From IMG/VR virus record IMGVR_UViG_3300029483_000015: a DNA stretch of 45,926 nt. One strand, 5' to 3'. How positions within the stretch are numbered: position 1 is the stretch's first letter; every line of letters starts with the position of its first letter. The position numbers and the translations under genes are program-made. The stretch comes from a virus. Below, piece by piece: positions 14,784 to 24,200 of the stretch. The notes beneath the pieces were generated by a model. It had not been told where the DNA came from. It searched no databases and saw nothing but the letters and a program-made list of their open reading frames with translations.

Positions 14784-15284
14784 ATGGCATCAAAACCGAA
14801 CGCCTCCAAGGGCGGAAGACCATCAACCTATACGCCGGAGCTTGCGGAGAGAATCTGTGATTTGATTCGTGAAGGCAAGTCAGAGCGTCAGATTTGCAAG
14901 ATGCCTGGCATGCCGGATGCGGTAACTCTTCGCAGATGGAAAGACACCAATCCAGAGTTTTGCACTCACTCCGCGCGCGCGCGCGAAGCAAGCGCCGAGA
15001 AGTTCAACGATGAATTGCTTGAGCTTCAAGCAAATTTGAACAATGAACTGCAGACGCGATTGCTGAACGGCGATGACTTTCCGAAGGGAACTGTTGAAGC
15101 CTTCAAGGTGCTGATGCAGGAGAAGGCTCGCCAGATTTCGTGGCGTGATGATTCGCGCTACGGCGATCGCAAGACCGTGAAGATTCAGAGCGACACGCCT
15201 GATCTTTCCACGATCGACATGGAAAAGCTCAAGGCCGCAAGAGAGTTGCTGTATGACGAGACTCCCGACACTGATCGAACTTGA
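14784..15284 (+). CDS. terS: Terminase small subunit
   Basis: GGRPSTYTPELAERICDLIREGKSERQICKMPGMPDAVTLRRWKDTNPEFCTHSARAREASAEKF is the common TerS HTH family. AAAGGAGG RBS. Overlaps the terL start. Confidence 0.8.
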   Translation: MASKPNASKGGRPSTYTPELAERICDLIREGKSERQICKMPGMPDAVTLRRWKDTNPEFCTHSARAREASAEKFNDELLELQANLNNELQTRLLNGDDFPKGTVEAFKVLMQEKARQISWRDDSRYGDRKTVKIQSDTPDLSTIDMEKLKAARELLYDETPDTDRT

Positions 15285-17637
15285 TCAGGAGATTGCGCGG
15301 CGCAGCCTGTCCGAGTTCTGCAAGATGGCATGGCACGTGCTCGAGCCTGCTACACCGATCAAGTGGGGGTGGGCGCTCGATGCAATGTGCGAGCATCTCG
15401 AGGCAGTGCATAACGGCCAGATCAAGCGCCTTCTGATGAACGTTCCGCCGGGCATGATGAAATCACTGCTCACTGGCGTCTTCTTTCCTGCTTGGGAATG
15501 GGGCGCAGGCGGAAATCCTTCTCTGCGATATCTGACAACTGCGCATAAGGAAGACCTCGCAATCCGAGACAACCTGAAGTGTCGACGCTTGATCTCCTCC
15601 GATTGGTATCAGGAGCGATGGAGCGTCGAACTGTGCGGCGACCAGAACGCAAAGAAGAAGTTCGAAAACACGGCTACTGGCTTTCGTGAGTCTATGGCTT
15701 TCCGAAGCCTCACTGGCTCTCGAGGCGACCGCATCATCATCGACGACCCGCTGAGCGTAGACGACGCCTTTTCAGAGGCCGCGCTCTCCGCTGCGGAGCA
15801 GACCTTCCTAGAGGCCGTTCCGTCCCGTGTGAACAACCAGGACTCGGCGATCATCGTCATCATGCAAAGGTTGCACGAGCGCGATACGGCCGGGATCATC
15901 CTGAGCCGCCAGCTGGGCTATGAGCACCTGATGCTCCCAATGCGCTTCGAGCCGGAGCGCCGGTGCGCGACATGCATCGGCTTCACGGACCCGCGCACTG
16001 AGGACGGAGAGCTACTCTTCCCGGAGCGCTTCTCCGAAGCGCAAGTCTCCGAGATGGAGCGAACGATGGGCTCTTTCGCGACGGCCGGCCAGCTTCAGCA
16101 GAGACCGATGCCGCGCGGCGGTGGGCTCTTCAAGTCCGACTGGATTCAGCACTGGGACAAGCTCCCGGAGCGCTTCGACGCGGCCGTTATCTCGTGGGAT
16201 ATGACTTTTAAAGAGTCCGCGACATCCGACTTCGTGGTCGGGCAGGTGTGGGGACGAAAGGACGGCGCTTTCTACCTCGTCGACCAGTTCCGGGGACGCT
16301 GGGACTTTGTGAAGTCGCTCGAGCAGTTCGTCGCGGCGGCAAACAAGTACCCGCGCGTGACTCGCAAGCTCGTGGAAGACAAAGCGAACGGGTCGGCGAT
16401 CATCGCGACGCTCAAGAAAAAAGTGTCGGGCATCATCCCGATCACGCCAAAAGAAAGCAAGGAAGCCCGAGCGAACGCAGTTACGACGCTCTGGGAGGCC
16501 CGGAACGTCTATCTGCCGCCTCCGGACCGATACCCGTGGGTGGCGCAGGACTTCATCCCTGAGCTCCTCGCATTCCCGTCTGGCGCTCACGACGACCAAT
16601 GCTTTGCGGCCGGGACTCTGATCGCCACGCCGTGGGGCGACCGCCCTATCGAAAGCCTTAAGGCCGGAGACCACGTCATCACCCCGATGGGGATTAAGCG
16701 AGTCTTGGTTGCCGGGATGACCGGCGAGGCCGAGACGATCACGAAGTACGGCATCACGGCGACAAAGGATCATCCTTTCCTAACAAGGAACGGGCGTTTC
16801 AAGGCTTTCTGTCAAGTTACGGAGAACGAATGCTTGGGGTTGACACTTCGCCAAATGACCGAGGCGAGCATCCTAATCTCGTCCAGTTCGACGGCATCAC
16901 GTATCGGCTTCTATCGAAAGGCCGGTATTACCTCAGCCAGTCAACCACGAACGAGGGGCGGAAAGGCGCGAAAGGCCTGCACGTCGCTATCTGGGAGAAA
17001 TACTCTGGGCAAAAAGTCCCTCCCGGCTGGGAGGTTCACCATAAGGACGGCAACCCGTTTAACAACGAATTCAGCAACCTTGATTGTCTATCGCGCAGCG
17101 AACACAGTAAGACGATCAATCGCAAGACTGAAAGGGTTCGCCGAAACCTTGACCGGATCAGGCCTCTCGCGTCCGCTTGGCACAGAAGTGAGGCTGGACG
17201 CGCTTGGCACAGGGAGCACGCGAAGCAACCCAAGTCCAAGCAAGAATGCAACTGCCTCTGTTGCGGGAAGCCCTTCCTCGCAAAAAGAGCTGACGCCAAG
17301 TATTGCTCTAGGAAATGCGAAGTCAAATACCGTTACGACAACGATGCGAGGCCAGAAGAACGGGCCTGCGTGGTCTGCGGAGCAAACTTCACGGCTCTCG
17401 TCGGCCCGTACCGGAAGAGAACTGCTGTCACGTGCAGTAGAAAGTGCCGGGGCATCTGGCGAGTTCGGAAGCAGGCAGCCAGTCTTCAATCTGATGATTG
17501 AGGACGCGCACTGCTTCTATGCCAACGGTCTTCTCGTTCACAACTGCGACGCGATGACCCAGGCATTGACGGATCTAAATAAGCACAGCGGCTTGCATAT
17601 CGATCCGACGAATCTAGCTTACTTACTTGGACGGTAG
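15253..17637 (+). CDS. terL: Terminase large subunit precursor containing an intein
   Basis: The 794-codon ORF has an N-terminal ATPase and a C-terminal nuclease (..AHDDQ / CDAMTQALTDL). It is interrupted by a Hint-type insert at 16600-17544. The predicted spliced product is 479 aa. Confidence 0.85.
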   Translation: MTRLPTLIELDQEIARRSLSEFCKMAWHVLEPATPIKWGWALDAMCEHLEAVHNGQIKRLLMNVPPGMMKSLLTGVFFPAWEWGAGGNPSLRYLTTAHKEDLAIRDNLKCRRLISSDWYQERWSVELCGDQNAKKKFENTATGFRESMAFRSLTGSRGDRIIIDDPLSVDDAFSEAALSAAEQTFLEAVPSRVNNQDSAIIVIMQRLHERDTAGIILSRQLGYEHLMLPMRFEPERRCATCIGFTDPRTEDGELLFPERFSEAQVSEMERTMGSFATAGQLQQRPMPRGGGLFKSDWIQHWDKLPERFDAAVISWDMTFKESATSDFVVGQVWGRKDGAFYLVDQFRGRWDFVKSLEQFVAAANKYPRVTRKLVEDKANGSAIIATLKKKVSGIIPITPKESKEARANAVTTLWEARNVYLPPPDRYPWVAQDFIPELLAFPSGAHDDQCFAAGTLIATPWGDRPIESLKAGDHVITPMGIKRVLVAGMTGEAETITKYGITATKDHPFLTRNGRFKAFCQVTENECLGLTLRQMTEASILISSSSTASRIGFYRKAGITSASQPRTRGGKARKACTSLSGRNTLGKKSLPAGRFTIRTATRLTTNSATLIVYRAANTVRRSIARLKGFAETLTGSGLSRPLGTEVRLDALGTGSTRSNPSPSKNATASVAGSPSSQKELTPSIALGNAKSNTVTTTMRGQKNGPAWSAEQTSRLSSARTGRELLSRAVESAGASGEFGSRQPVFNLMIEDAHCFYANGLLVHNCDAMTQALTDLNKHSGLHIDPTNLAYLLGR
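16600..17544 (+). other. Intein (315 codons) within terL
   Basis: Starts CFAAGTLIATPWGDRPIESLKAGDHV, has block B TKDH, and ends VFNLMIEDAHCFYANGLLVHN followed by Cys+1. Confidence 0.8.
16830..17501 (+). CDS. HNH endonuclease ORF nested in the intein in the +2 frame
   Basis: 223 aa. GLHVAIWEKYSGQKVPPGWEVHHKDGNPFNNEFSNLDCLSRSEH is an HNH_3-type motif. Two CxxC..CSRKC repeats. GGAG lies 5 nt before the ATG. Confidence 0.75.
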   Translation: MLGVDTSPNDRGEHPNLVQFDGITYRLLSKGRYYLSQSTTNEGRKGAKGLHVAIWEKYSGQKVPPGWEVHHKDGNPFNNEFSNLDCLSRSEHSKTINRKTERVRRNLDRIRPLASAWHRSEAGRAWHREHAKQPKSKQECNCLCCGKPFLAKRADAKYCSRKCEVKYRYDNDARPEERACVVCGANFTALVGPYRKRTAVTCSRKCRGIWRVRKQAASLQSDD

Positions 17638-17646
17638 GCACAACTC

Positions 17647-17889
17647 ATGCAACCTGAACTGACGTTACGCGCTTGGGGCGCTTTGATCATCTTGTATGCC
17701 ATAGGCGCGTCGGTGGCCATATTCGCAATTGCAAAGGCAGTTGAGGCCGTTGTCGACTTGGTCGGGCATGTGCGGTGGCAGGCCGCAAGGCGCCGCGTTT
17801 TCCGCCGATTCCTGAGCGAATGGCGCAAAGTGGAGATTAAGCATTGTGAGCAAGAAGAAAAGAAAGACGGCGAAAGCCCAAGCGCCTAA
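17647..17889 (+). CDS. Small membrane protein
   Basis: 80 aa with an N-terminal TM segment (WGALIILYAIGASVAIFAIA). Confidence 0.45.
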   Translation: MQPELTLRAWGALIILYAIGASVAIFAIAKAVEAVVDLVGHVRWQAARRRVFRRFLSEWRKVEIKHCEQEEKKDGESPSA

Positions 17890-19450
17890 CGGCAATTTCC
17901 TCGCGCAGGCAAAGCGCATCGCCGCGCTTGAGGAGATCGACCGCACGCTACGCACGCCGCCGCAAGCCACTCAGCTCTTCGAGACGGTCGAGAAGGTGAG
18001 GGAGCGTTTCGCCCCTCCGGTGACTCTCGGGGTGTCTGAAAAAGAGCGCCTAGCGCAAGATGAGGCACTTTCTGACGCGGGCTTTTATGGCGCCATTCAT
18101 CGCAGCCTTCAGCAGCACGGCTACGAGCTCGGGCAGTACCCAGTGACCTCTTTCGTCGGTTACGGCGCGCTTCAGCAGATCGCGCAGAACGGCATGATCC
18201 GTGCCTGCGTGCAGACCGTTGCGGATGATATTACCCGCGAGTGGATTACGATCACGGGCGATGACGCGGAGGCTGTTGAGGAGATTCAGACACTTCAAGA
18301 AAAGAAGTACCACCTACGCAAGCTCTTTCATGAGGCCGCAACACTAACCGGATACATGGGCGGGGCTTTTATCTACGTCGACACCGGCACGGAAAATCCC
18401 GAGTTGCCCCTGCGCTACTCAAACGAAAGCGCAGAGCTACAGCCGGGTACGAAGCTCCGGTTTGTCGTGGTCGATCCTGTGAACGTATCGCCTGGCGACT
18501 ACAACGCCATCGACCCGCTCAAGCCCGACTACCTCAAGCCCCGCTACTTCTGGGTGCTGGGAACGAAGGTGCATGAGTCGCGCCTGCTTAGGCTTTTTGA
18601 CAATCCGCCGCCGACGCTTCTGCGACCGGCATACAACTTCCTCGGCATTCCGCAGGCTCAGATCCTCTGGGACTACGTGATGCACTGGAATCAGTGCCGG
18701 GTCTATACGGCCGACTTGGTGCGCAAGGTCTCGCTTCTCGTTTTCCAGACGAGCACGGATGACATCTTCAACTCGCCTAACGGGGTGCAGTTGTTCGACA
18801 TCCGCATGAAGGCGCTTCAGCGCTATCGCGATAACAACGCCGTGTTCGTCTGCGACAAGGAAGGCGAAAGCGTGATGAACGTGCAAACGTCAATTGCGGG
18901 CTGTACGGACGTCGTGCGCCAGTCGCTCGAGATGATTGCGTCGATCAACCGCACGCCTGCCGTGAAGCTCTTGGGCATCAGTCCTAGCGGCTTCAACGCA
19001 ACGGGCGAAAGCGATATTCGTAACTACTACGATTACATTCGTTCCAAGCAAGAGCTGCGTCGCGAAGCAATTAACACTTGCTTAGAGGCAATCGAACTAG
19101 TCGAAATGGGGAGCATCAATTCGAATATCTCCTTCGACTTCAACGAATTGAGCAAGGAAGATGAAGCCAGCGCGGCCATGACCGCTCAGACGCGCGCAGG
19201 CGCTCTTGCAACGCTTGCACAAGTTCAGGCAATCAGCGCAGAGGAAATGCGCGAAGCGGTCAAGAAAGAGCCGGCGATGCACTTGGGCTTTTTGAGTGAC
19301 GAGGTGCCCGAAGGGGAGCCTGAGGATATCGAGGGCTTGCTTGGCGCGCTTCAGCAGGCTACGACCGCAGTGGCAGAACCTGCTCCAGCATCGAACCCGC
19401 CCGACGAATCGCGGCAACTGCTTCAGTCCCTAGGTGGCTTGAATGGCTAA
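17846..19450 (+). CDS. Portal protein
   Basis: 534 aa directly after the terminase. The region FVGYGALQQIAQNGMIRACVQTVADDITREW resembles DUF1073-type portals. GTG start. Confidence 0.75.
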   Translation: MSKKKRKTAKAQAPNGNFLAQAKRIAALEEIDRTLRTPPQATQLFETVEKVRERFAPPVTLGVSEKERLAQDEALSDAGFYGAIHRSLQQHGYELGQYPVTSFVGYGALQQIAQNGMIRACVQTVADDITREWITITGDDAEAVEEIQTLQEKKYHLRKLFHEAATLTGYMGGAFIYVDTGTENPELPLRYSNESAELQPGTKLRFVVVDPVNVSPGDYNAIDPLKPDYLKPRYFWVLGTKVHESRLLRLFDNPPPTLLRPAYNFLGIPQAQILWDYVMHWNQCRVYTADLVRKVSLLVFQTSTDDIFNSPNGVQLFDIRMKALQRYRDNNAVFVCDKEGESVMNVQTSIAGCTDVVRQSLEMIASINRTPAVKLLGISPSGFNATGESDIRNYYDYIRSKQELRREAINTCLEAIELVEMGSINSNISFDFNELSKEDEASAAMTAQTRAGALATLAQVQAISAEEMREAVKKEPAMHLGFLSDEVPEGEPEDIEGLLGALQQATTAVAEPAPASNPPDESRQLLQSLGGLNG

Positions 19451-20363
19451 ACGCATCAAGACGATCCCCGCGATCGAGCCGAATGCCGGGCTCAAGGCGG
19501 CCTTGCAAAAGCGGCTGATTGCTCTCATTGAGAAACAGACGCGCGAGGCAACGGCCGAGCTCCTGCGCAACCTGATCGATTCGGGCTGCTTCACGCAGCC
19601 TGTCGAGACGGTTGTACAGGACGCCGCACTGTGGGGACGCAAAGAGAAAAAGATCATAGATGAGGCGATACGCGCTTTCAAAGCGTCTAATCCCGCCGAT
19701 GCCGCTCGAAAGCTTGACCTGAGTCTCGCCGAGAAGATGGCGCGGTGGATGATTCACGCGGGAGAAAGCGCAAAGCTCGTCTCGGGATGGTTTGTCCGCG
19801 CAATGGCGCAAAACGTGACAGCGAGCCAGCGGCGTGCGCTGATACGCGCGGGCATCACTCCTACTCTGCTCAAAGAAAAGTGGACGATCCCTATCGTCAA
19901 GAATCGACACATGGCGCCGAGCACAGCAAAAGCGTTGCCGGGGATTGTGGACGGCATGACGGGGCTCATCACCAAAATGCAGGCGGATGACCTCGCCAGA
20001 GTGCGAGAGACGATTACACGCGGCCTCTACGAGGGTCAGAGTCTGGGAGAGATCGAAAGCGTGCTGAAAGCCTCTAAGGGCTTCACGGAGACCCGTGCCA
20101 AGCGAGTTGCGCTTGATCAGTCGATCAAAGTCAGTCAGGGCATCCAACGCGGCAACGCCGAGGCATTGGGCATCAAGCACGCGGTATGGGTTCACGTCCC
20201 GGGGCGGTATTCATCACGCGAGACGCATGTCGCAATGGACGGCAAACGCTTCGACCTTTCCGAGGGGCTTTACGACCCGGCTGTAGGCCAGAACGTAACG
20301 CCCGGGTTGTTGCCGTTTTGCCGATGCATTTTCCGTCTAGATATATCGGACATTATCAAATGA
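19443..20363 (+). CDS. Head morphogenesis protein (Mu F / SPP1 gp7-like)
   Basis: C-terminal VWVHVPGRYSSRETHVAMDGKRFDLSEGLYDP...PGLLPFCRC matches the Mu F family. Confidence 0.8.
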   Translation: MAKRIKTIPAIEPNAGLKAALQKRLIALIEKQTREATAELLRNLIDSGCFTQPVETVVQDAALWGRKEKKIIDEAIRAFKASNPADAARKLDLSLAEKMARWMIHAGESAKLVSGWFVRAMAQNVTASQRRALIRAGITPTLLKEKWTIPIVKNRHMAPSTAKALPGIVDGMTGLITKMQADDLARVRETITRGLYEGQSLGEIESVLKASKGFTETRAKRVALDQSIKVSQGIQRGNAEALGIKHAVWVHVPGRYSSRETHVAMDGKRFDLSEGLYDPAVGQNVTPGLLPFCRCIFRLDISDIIK

Positions 20364-21808
20364 ACAACGACCGCTATTTACTTGCCCTAGATGCCGAGAG
20401 CGTGAGGAGGTATGACAATAACGGGAACCTCCATGTCGCCGTCTCGCACTTGACCAAAGCGCAGGTGCGACCGTACTACGGGCATGAGGTGCCTGACTGG
20501 GAGCGCTTGAGGCTCGATCCGCAGAAGATCTATCGCGGATACTGCCCGCCAGAGGAACTGAGCAAGCCCGAGACGATCGAGAGCACGAACGGCATCCCGA
20601 TTCAGCTCAACCATCATCCAGACTACGCAGACGCGCCGCAGATCAAAACGCGCGTCGGCTCCACTGGGACAGACGGCGCATTTAGAGCGCCGTACCTAGA
20701 CAACTCGCTGCACTTCACTGTTGAGGATGCAATCAAGCGCATCGTCGATGGGTCGATGCGTGAGTTGTCTCTTTCGTACAGATATACCCCTGACTTCACC
20801 CCCGGCAAGACGCCGGACGGCGAAGACTATGACTTCGTTATGCGTGACATTACCGCCAACCATGTTGCGCTGGTGGAGCAGGGCCGCGCGGGGCGCGATG
20901 TGTTGGTGCAAGACAGTCACTTAAGAGAGGCTCAACCTATGGACGTGACGGAAAAGAACGCGGCTCCCGTAGCCGCAGCTGACGGCGATCCTGCCGTCGA
21001 GAAGAAGGAGGTGGCACTTGCTGACGCAATCGCCGCTGCCGCCAATGGAATCAAAGACCTGCATGAGCAGGACGAGGAGGGAAATGTGGTCGACAAGCCC
21101 GCTGAAGAGGCGCAAGCCGCTGACGAGGACAAGGACGCAGCCATCAAGCGAATCATCGCCGAAATGGTTTCCAAGGGCATGAAACCCGAGGATGCCGAAG
21201 GCTTTGCCGACGCGCTCAAGGGGCTCGCCTATACCGAAGCCGAAGCCGAAGACGATGAGATCGAGCTCGGGGAAGACGACGGCGAAGGGGGCGAAAAGCC
21301 CGCCGAAGATAACGACGAATGCGCTCAGCTCATTCAGGACGGTCTGAAGGCCTGCGGCTACGACGAGGAGCCTGAAGAGTTCCAGAAGGCCTTTGCCGAG
21401 GGTGTTCGCTACGGCGAAAGGAAGGAAAAGACCGAGCCTGAAAAGCTCGATCGTGAGCATGAATCCGAGGGCGAAGAACGCGCACTGGGGCAGGACGCCG
21501 CGCTTAAGCGCGTCGAACGCCGCATCGCTCGACGCTTTACGGCAATGGATGAGTGCGCTCAGACGCTCGGTCGCGTCCGCTTCAATGCCTACGACTCTGC
21601 CGAAGGCGTCTATTTGGCCGCTCTCAAGCAGGAAGGTGTAAGCATCAAGGGCGTTCGTCCCGAAGCCGCCCGCGCCGCTTATCTCGCTTTCATGGCCGGC
21701 AAGAAGGTCTCTGCCAAGCGCTCGCTCGCACAGGACGCCCAGCTCAAGACGGGCAAGGCCGACTCCATTCTCTCCACTAAGCTTTCTCAAATCAAGAAGG
21801 GGTATTAA
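20360..21808 (+). CDS. Scaffold / prohead-processing protein (DUF2213-like N-terminus, acidic centre)
   Basis: 482 aa from the ATG at 20360. N-terminal domain (GIPIQLNHHPD..ELSLSYRY..ANHVALVEQGRAG), then a long D/E/A-rich region. Confidence 0.65.
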   Translation: MNNDRYLLALDAESVRRYDNNGNLHVAVSHLTKAQVRPYYGHEVPDWERLRLDPQKIYRGYCPPEELSKPETIESTNGIPIQLNHHPDYADAPQIKTRVGSTGTDGAFRAPYLDNSLHFTVEDAIKRIVDGSMRELSLSYRYTPDFTPGKTPDGEDYDFVMRDITANHVALVEQGRAGRDVLVQDSHLREAQPMDVTEKNAAPVAAADGDPAVEKKEVALADAIAAAANGIKDLHEQDEEGNVVDKPAEEAQAADEDKDAAIKRIIAEMVSKGMKPEDAEGFADALKGLAYTEAEAEDDEIELGEDDGEGGEKPAEDNDECAQLIQDGLKACGYDEEPEEFQKAFAEGVRYGERKEKTEPEKLDREHESEGEERALGQDAALKRVERRIARRFTAMDECAQTLGRVRFNAYDSAEGVYLAALKQEGVSIKGVRPEAARAAYLAFMAGKKVSAKRSLAQDAQLKTGKADSILSTKLSQIKKGY

Positions 21809-21810
21809 TC

Positions 21811-22383
21811 ATGGGTTTTCAGGCAGTTGTTAAGACTGATCCTGCCGTCGGCATCGCCGGTCAGGAAGTGAATCCGAAGCAGGCCGTTTACACGGCTTTC
21901 AACTATGTCTCCGACGGCACCGTTCAGGCAGGTACTTTCTGCTTTGCTACGGCGCTCAAGGGCAACGTTACGGGTGAAACGAACGTGGTCTCCCTCAAGG
22001 GTACGTCCGTTGCCAAGCCCGTCGGTTTTGTTGAACGTGACGTCATCGCTACGATTCCGACGCTCACTGCTGACGCGTCGCAGGTTTATCCGCAGGGTGT
22101 CTGCCCGCCGATCGCTATTCGCGGTCAGTTCTATGCTGTCGCTACGGGCACGGCTACCGAAGGTCAGTCAGTGCTGTGCGATCCGACCACGGGTGTCATT
22201 ACGTATGGTGCCGCCGGTGCTACGAACGACACAGGTTGGCGAGTGGTTTTCCCCCGCGGCGTCAAGACGATCGCCGAGGGTGACACGGTGATCTATCAGA
22301 ACTTTGGCGTGACGGTTGCGACTGGCGCAATGGCCGCCGCTCTCGCTGACTTTGCTAAGGTTGACGAGGCCTCCGCAGGCTAA
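21811..22383 (+). CDS. Head structural protein (possible decoration / cement protein)
   Basis: 190 aa between the scaffold and capsid genes. The call rests on position. Confidence 0.45.
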   Translation: MGFQAVVKTDPAVGIAGQEVNPKQAVYTAFNYVSDGTVQAGTFCFATALKGNVTGETNVVSLKGTSVAKPVGFVERDVIATIPTLTADASQVYPQGVCPPIAIRGQFYAVATGTATEGQSVLCDPTTGVITYGAAGATNDTGWRVVFPRGVKTIAEGDTVIYQNFGVTVATGAMAAALADFAKVDEASAG

Positions 22384-22397
22384 GGAGGTTTGGGCTT

Positions 22398-23087
22398 ATG
22401 GCTTACTCTCCTACGTCGTGGAAACGCGGCGACATCATCACTGCCGAGAAGCTAAACAAGGTCGAGACAGGACTGCAGGCCGTTGCCAGCGTTGACATTC
22501 AGTCTGCGCAGGCAACGACGCTCGCCGCCGGGGCTCCTGCAACTGCTGTCATCGAGGGTGGCGTTCTGAAGCTCGGCATCCCTCGCGGCCAGACGGGCGC
22601 GCAGGGTGCCGCCGGTGCTCAGGGTGCCAAGGGCGATAAGGGCGACACTGGTGCACAGGGCGCTAAGGGTGAAACGGGCGCTACGCCTACGATTACCGCC
22701 ACGGCCACTGTTGACGCCACCGTCGGCACGCCCAAGGTCACGGTAAGCAAGGGCGGCACGACGACCGCGCCGACGTTTACCTTTGCCTTCACGGGGCTCA
22801 AAGGCGCAACGGGTGCTCAGGGTGTCGCGGGTGCGACTGGGGCTAAAGGCGAACGAGGCGCGGCTGGGGCGGCGGGCAAGAATGGCTCTTGCTTCCGTGT
22901 CTCAGCAACCGCTCTCGCTGATAGCCAGACGGGCATTGCCGCAACGGCGCTCACGCCTACCAACGCGCAACTTCCCTACGCCGTCGGCGACATCGTGCTG
23001 GACGCAACGACGAAAAAGCTTTACGCGATCACGGCGGCGAGTGGTGGAACGTGCTCTATCGGCACCGCGCTTGCAACGCTTCCCTAA
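22398..23087 (+). CDS. Collagen-like repeat protein in the head module
   Basis: Two uninterrupted G-X-Y runs (GQTGAQGAAGAQGAKGDKGDTGAQGAKGETGAT and GLKGATGAQGVAGATGAKGERGAAGAAGKNGS). GGAGG RBS. Confidence 0.75.
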   Translation: MAYSPTSWKRGDIITAEKLNKVETGLQAVASVDIQSAQATTLAAGAPATAVIEGGVLKLGIPRGQTGAQGAAGAQGAKGDKGDTGAQGAKGETGATPTITATATVDATVGTPKVTVSKGGTTTAPTFTFAFTGLKGATGAQGVAGATGAKGERGAAGAAGKNGSCFRVSATALADSQTGIAATALTPTNAQLPYAVGDIVLDATTKKLYAITAASGGTCSIGTALATLP

Positions 23088-23129
23088 ACAAACTATTTGG
23101 AGGAGTGGCCTTTGTGATGAGCAAAGGCC

Positions 23130-24200
23130 ATGAAAATTCATATGGATCAAAACTTTCTGAATGCCAAGGCGCGCGGCATCGAGGCTCCGTACGCCGTCGG
23201 CTTTATGCCGTTCGATGAAAAGGACGGTCGCATCGTTCTCAAGAACATCAACCGCGACCAGCTCGCACAGGATGCCGCGCTTTCCACGCAGCCGAATGTC
23301 GGCGCGCCCGCGGCCCTCTACACGTACGTCGACCCGCGCATCATTGATGTGCTCTTCGGTGTCACGAATGCCACGAAGTTCTTTGACAAGACGCTCGTTG
23401 GTTCCTTTACGCAGGACTACGCGACCTTCAGCGTGGAAGAGGTGGCAGGTCAGGTCTCGCCGTACAACGACTTCGCGAACGGCACGAGCACTGACGTCAA
23501 CTACAACTTCCCGGTTCGTCAGAACTTCCGTTATCAGACGACGATTAAGTACGGCGATCTCGAAACGGCGAAGCTCGCCGAGGCCAACGTCAATCTCCCC
23601 GCTCGCAAGCAGAACGCGGCCGCTCAGATCATTGCCCGAGCTGAAAACAAGTTCCAGCTCTACGGCGTTGCGGGCATGGAAATCTACGGCATGCTCAATG
23701 ATCCGAACATCCCGGGATCGATTTCTCCGGTGTCGGTCAATAGCAAATCTACGTGGGCTGAAAAGATCGCGGCCGACCCGAACAACGCGGCCACGCTCGT
23801 TTTCAATGACGTGAACAAACTGTGGCAGGAACTGACTGCTAACAATGGCGGTCATCTTGACGTGAACGCCCCGATTGTTCTGGGCATCTCCAACAAGATG
23901 ATTGGCTACCTGACTCAGCCGAACCAGTTTGGCAAGACGGCCAAGGTCATGCTGCAGGAAAACTATCCGAACATCGAAATCGTTCAGCTTCCCGAGCTCT
24001 CTACGGCCTCCGGTGAAATGCTTTACATGACGGTCAAGGAAGTGTATGGCGACGAGACGGGCTTCTCCGCCTTCTCCCGCGCCTTCGGCCTCGGTCGCCT
24101 GATCGCGCATGAATCCAGCTTCACGCAGAAGGCCACGGCCGGCACGTGGGGTTGCGTGATTCGCCGCCCGAGCCTCGTTGCGACTATGGTCGGCATCTAA
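23130..24200 (+). CDS. Major capsid protein (DUF2184-like, HK97 fold expected)
   Basis: 356 aa. Position and size fit, followed by a hairpin. The N-terminal region resembles the DUF2184 capsid family. Confidence 0.75.
   Translation: MKIHMDQNFLNAKARGIEAPYAVGFMPFDEKDGRIVLKNINRDQLAQDAALSTQPNVGAPAALYTYVDPRIIDVLFGVTNATKFFDKTLVGSFTQDYATFSVEEVAGQVSPYNDFANGTSTDVNYNFPVRQNFRYQTTIKYGDLETAKLAEANVNLPARKQNAAAQIIARAENKFQLYGVAGMEIYGMLNDPNIPGSISPVSVNSKSTWAEKIAADPNNAATLVFNDVNKLWQELTANNGGHLDVNAPIVLGISNKMIGYLTQPNQFGKTAKVMLQENYPNIEIVQLPELSTASGEMLYMTVKEVYGDETGFSAFSRAFGLGRLIAHESSFTQKATAGTWGCVIRRPSLVATMVGI

Noticed and set aside
16850-17480. Reading the in-frame intein linker as a genuine, novel endonuclease or DNA-binding domain
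   Set aside because: The sequence (SSSSTASRIGFYRKAGITSASQPRTRGGKARK... SNPSPSKNATASVAGSPSSQ..) looks like out-of-frame translation with no motif. The +2 frame gives a textbook HNH protein over the same DNA.
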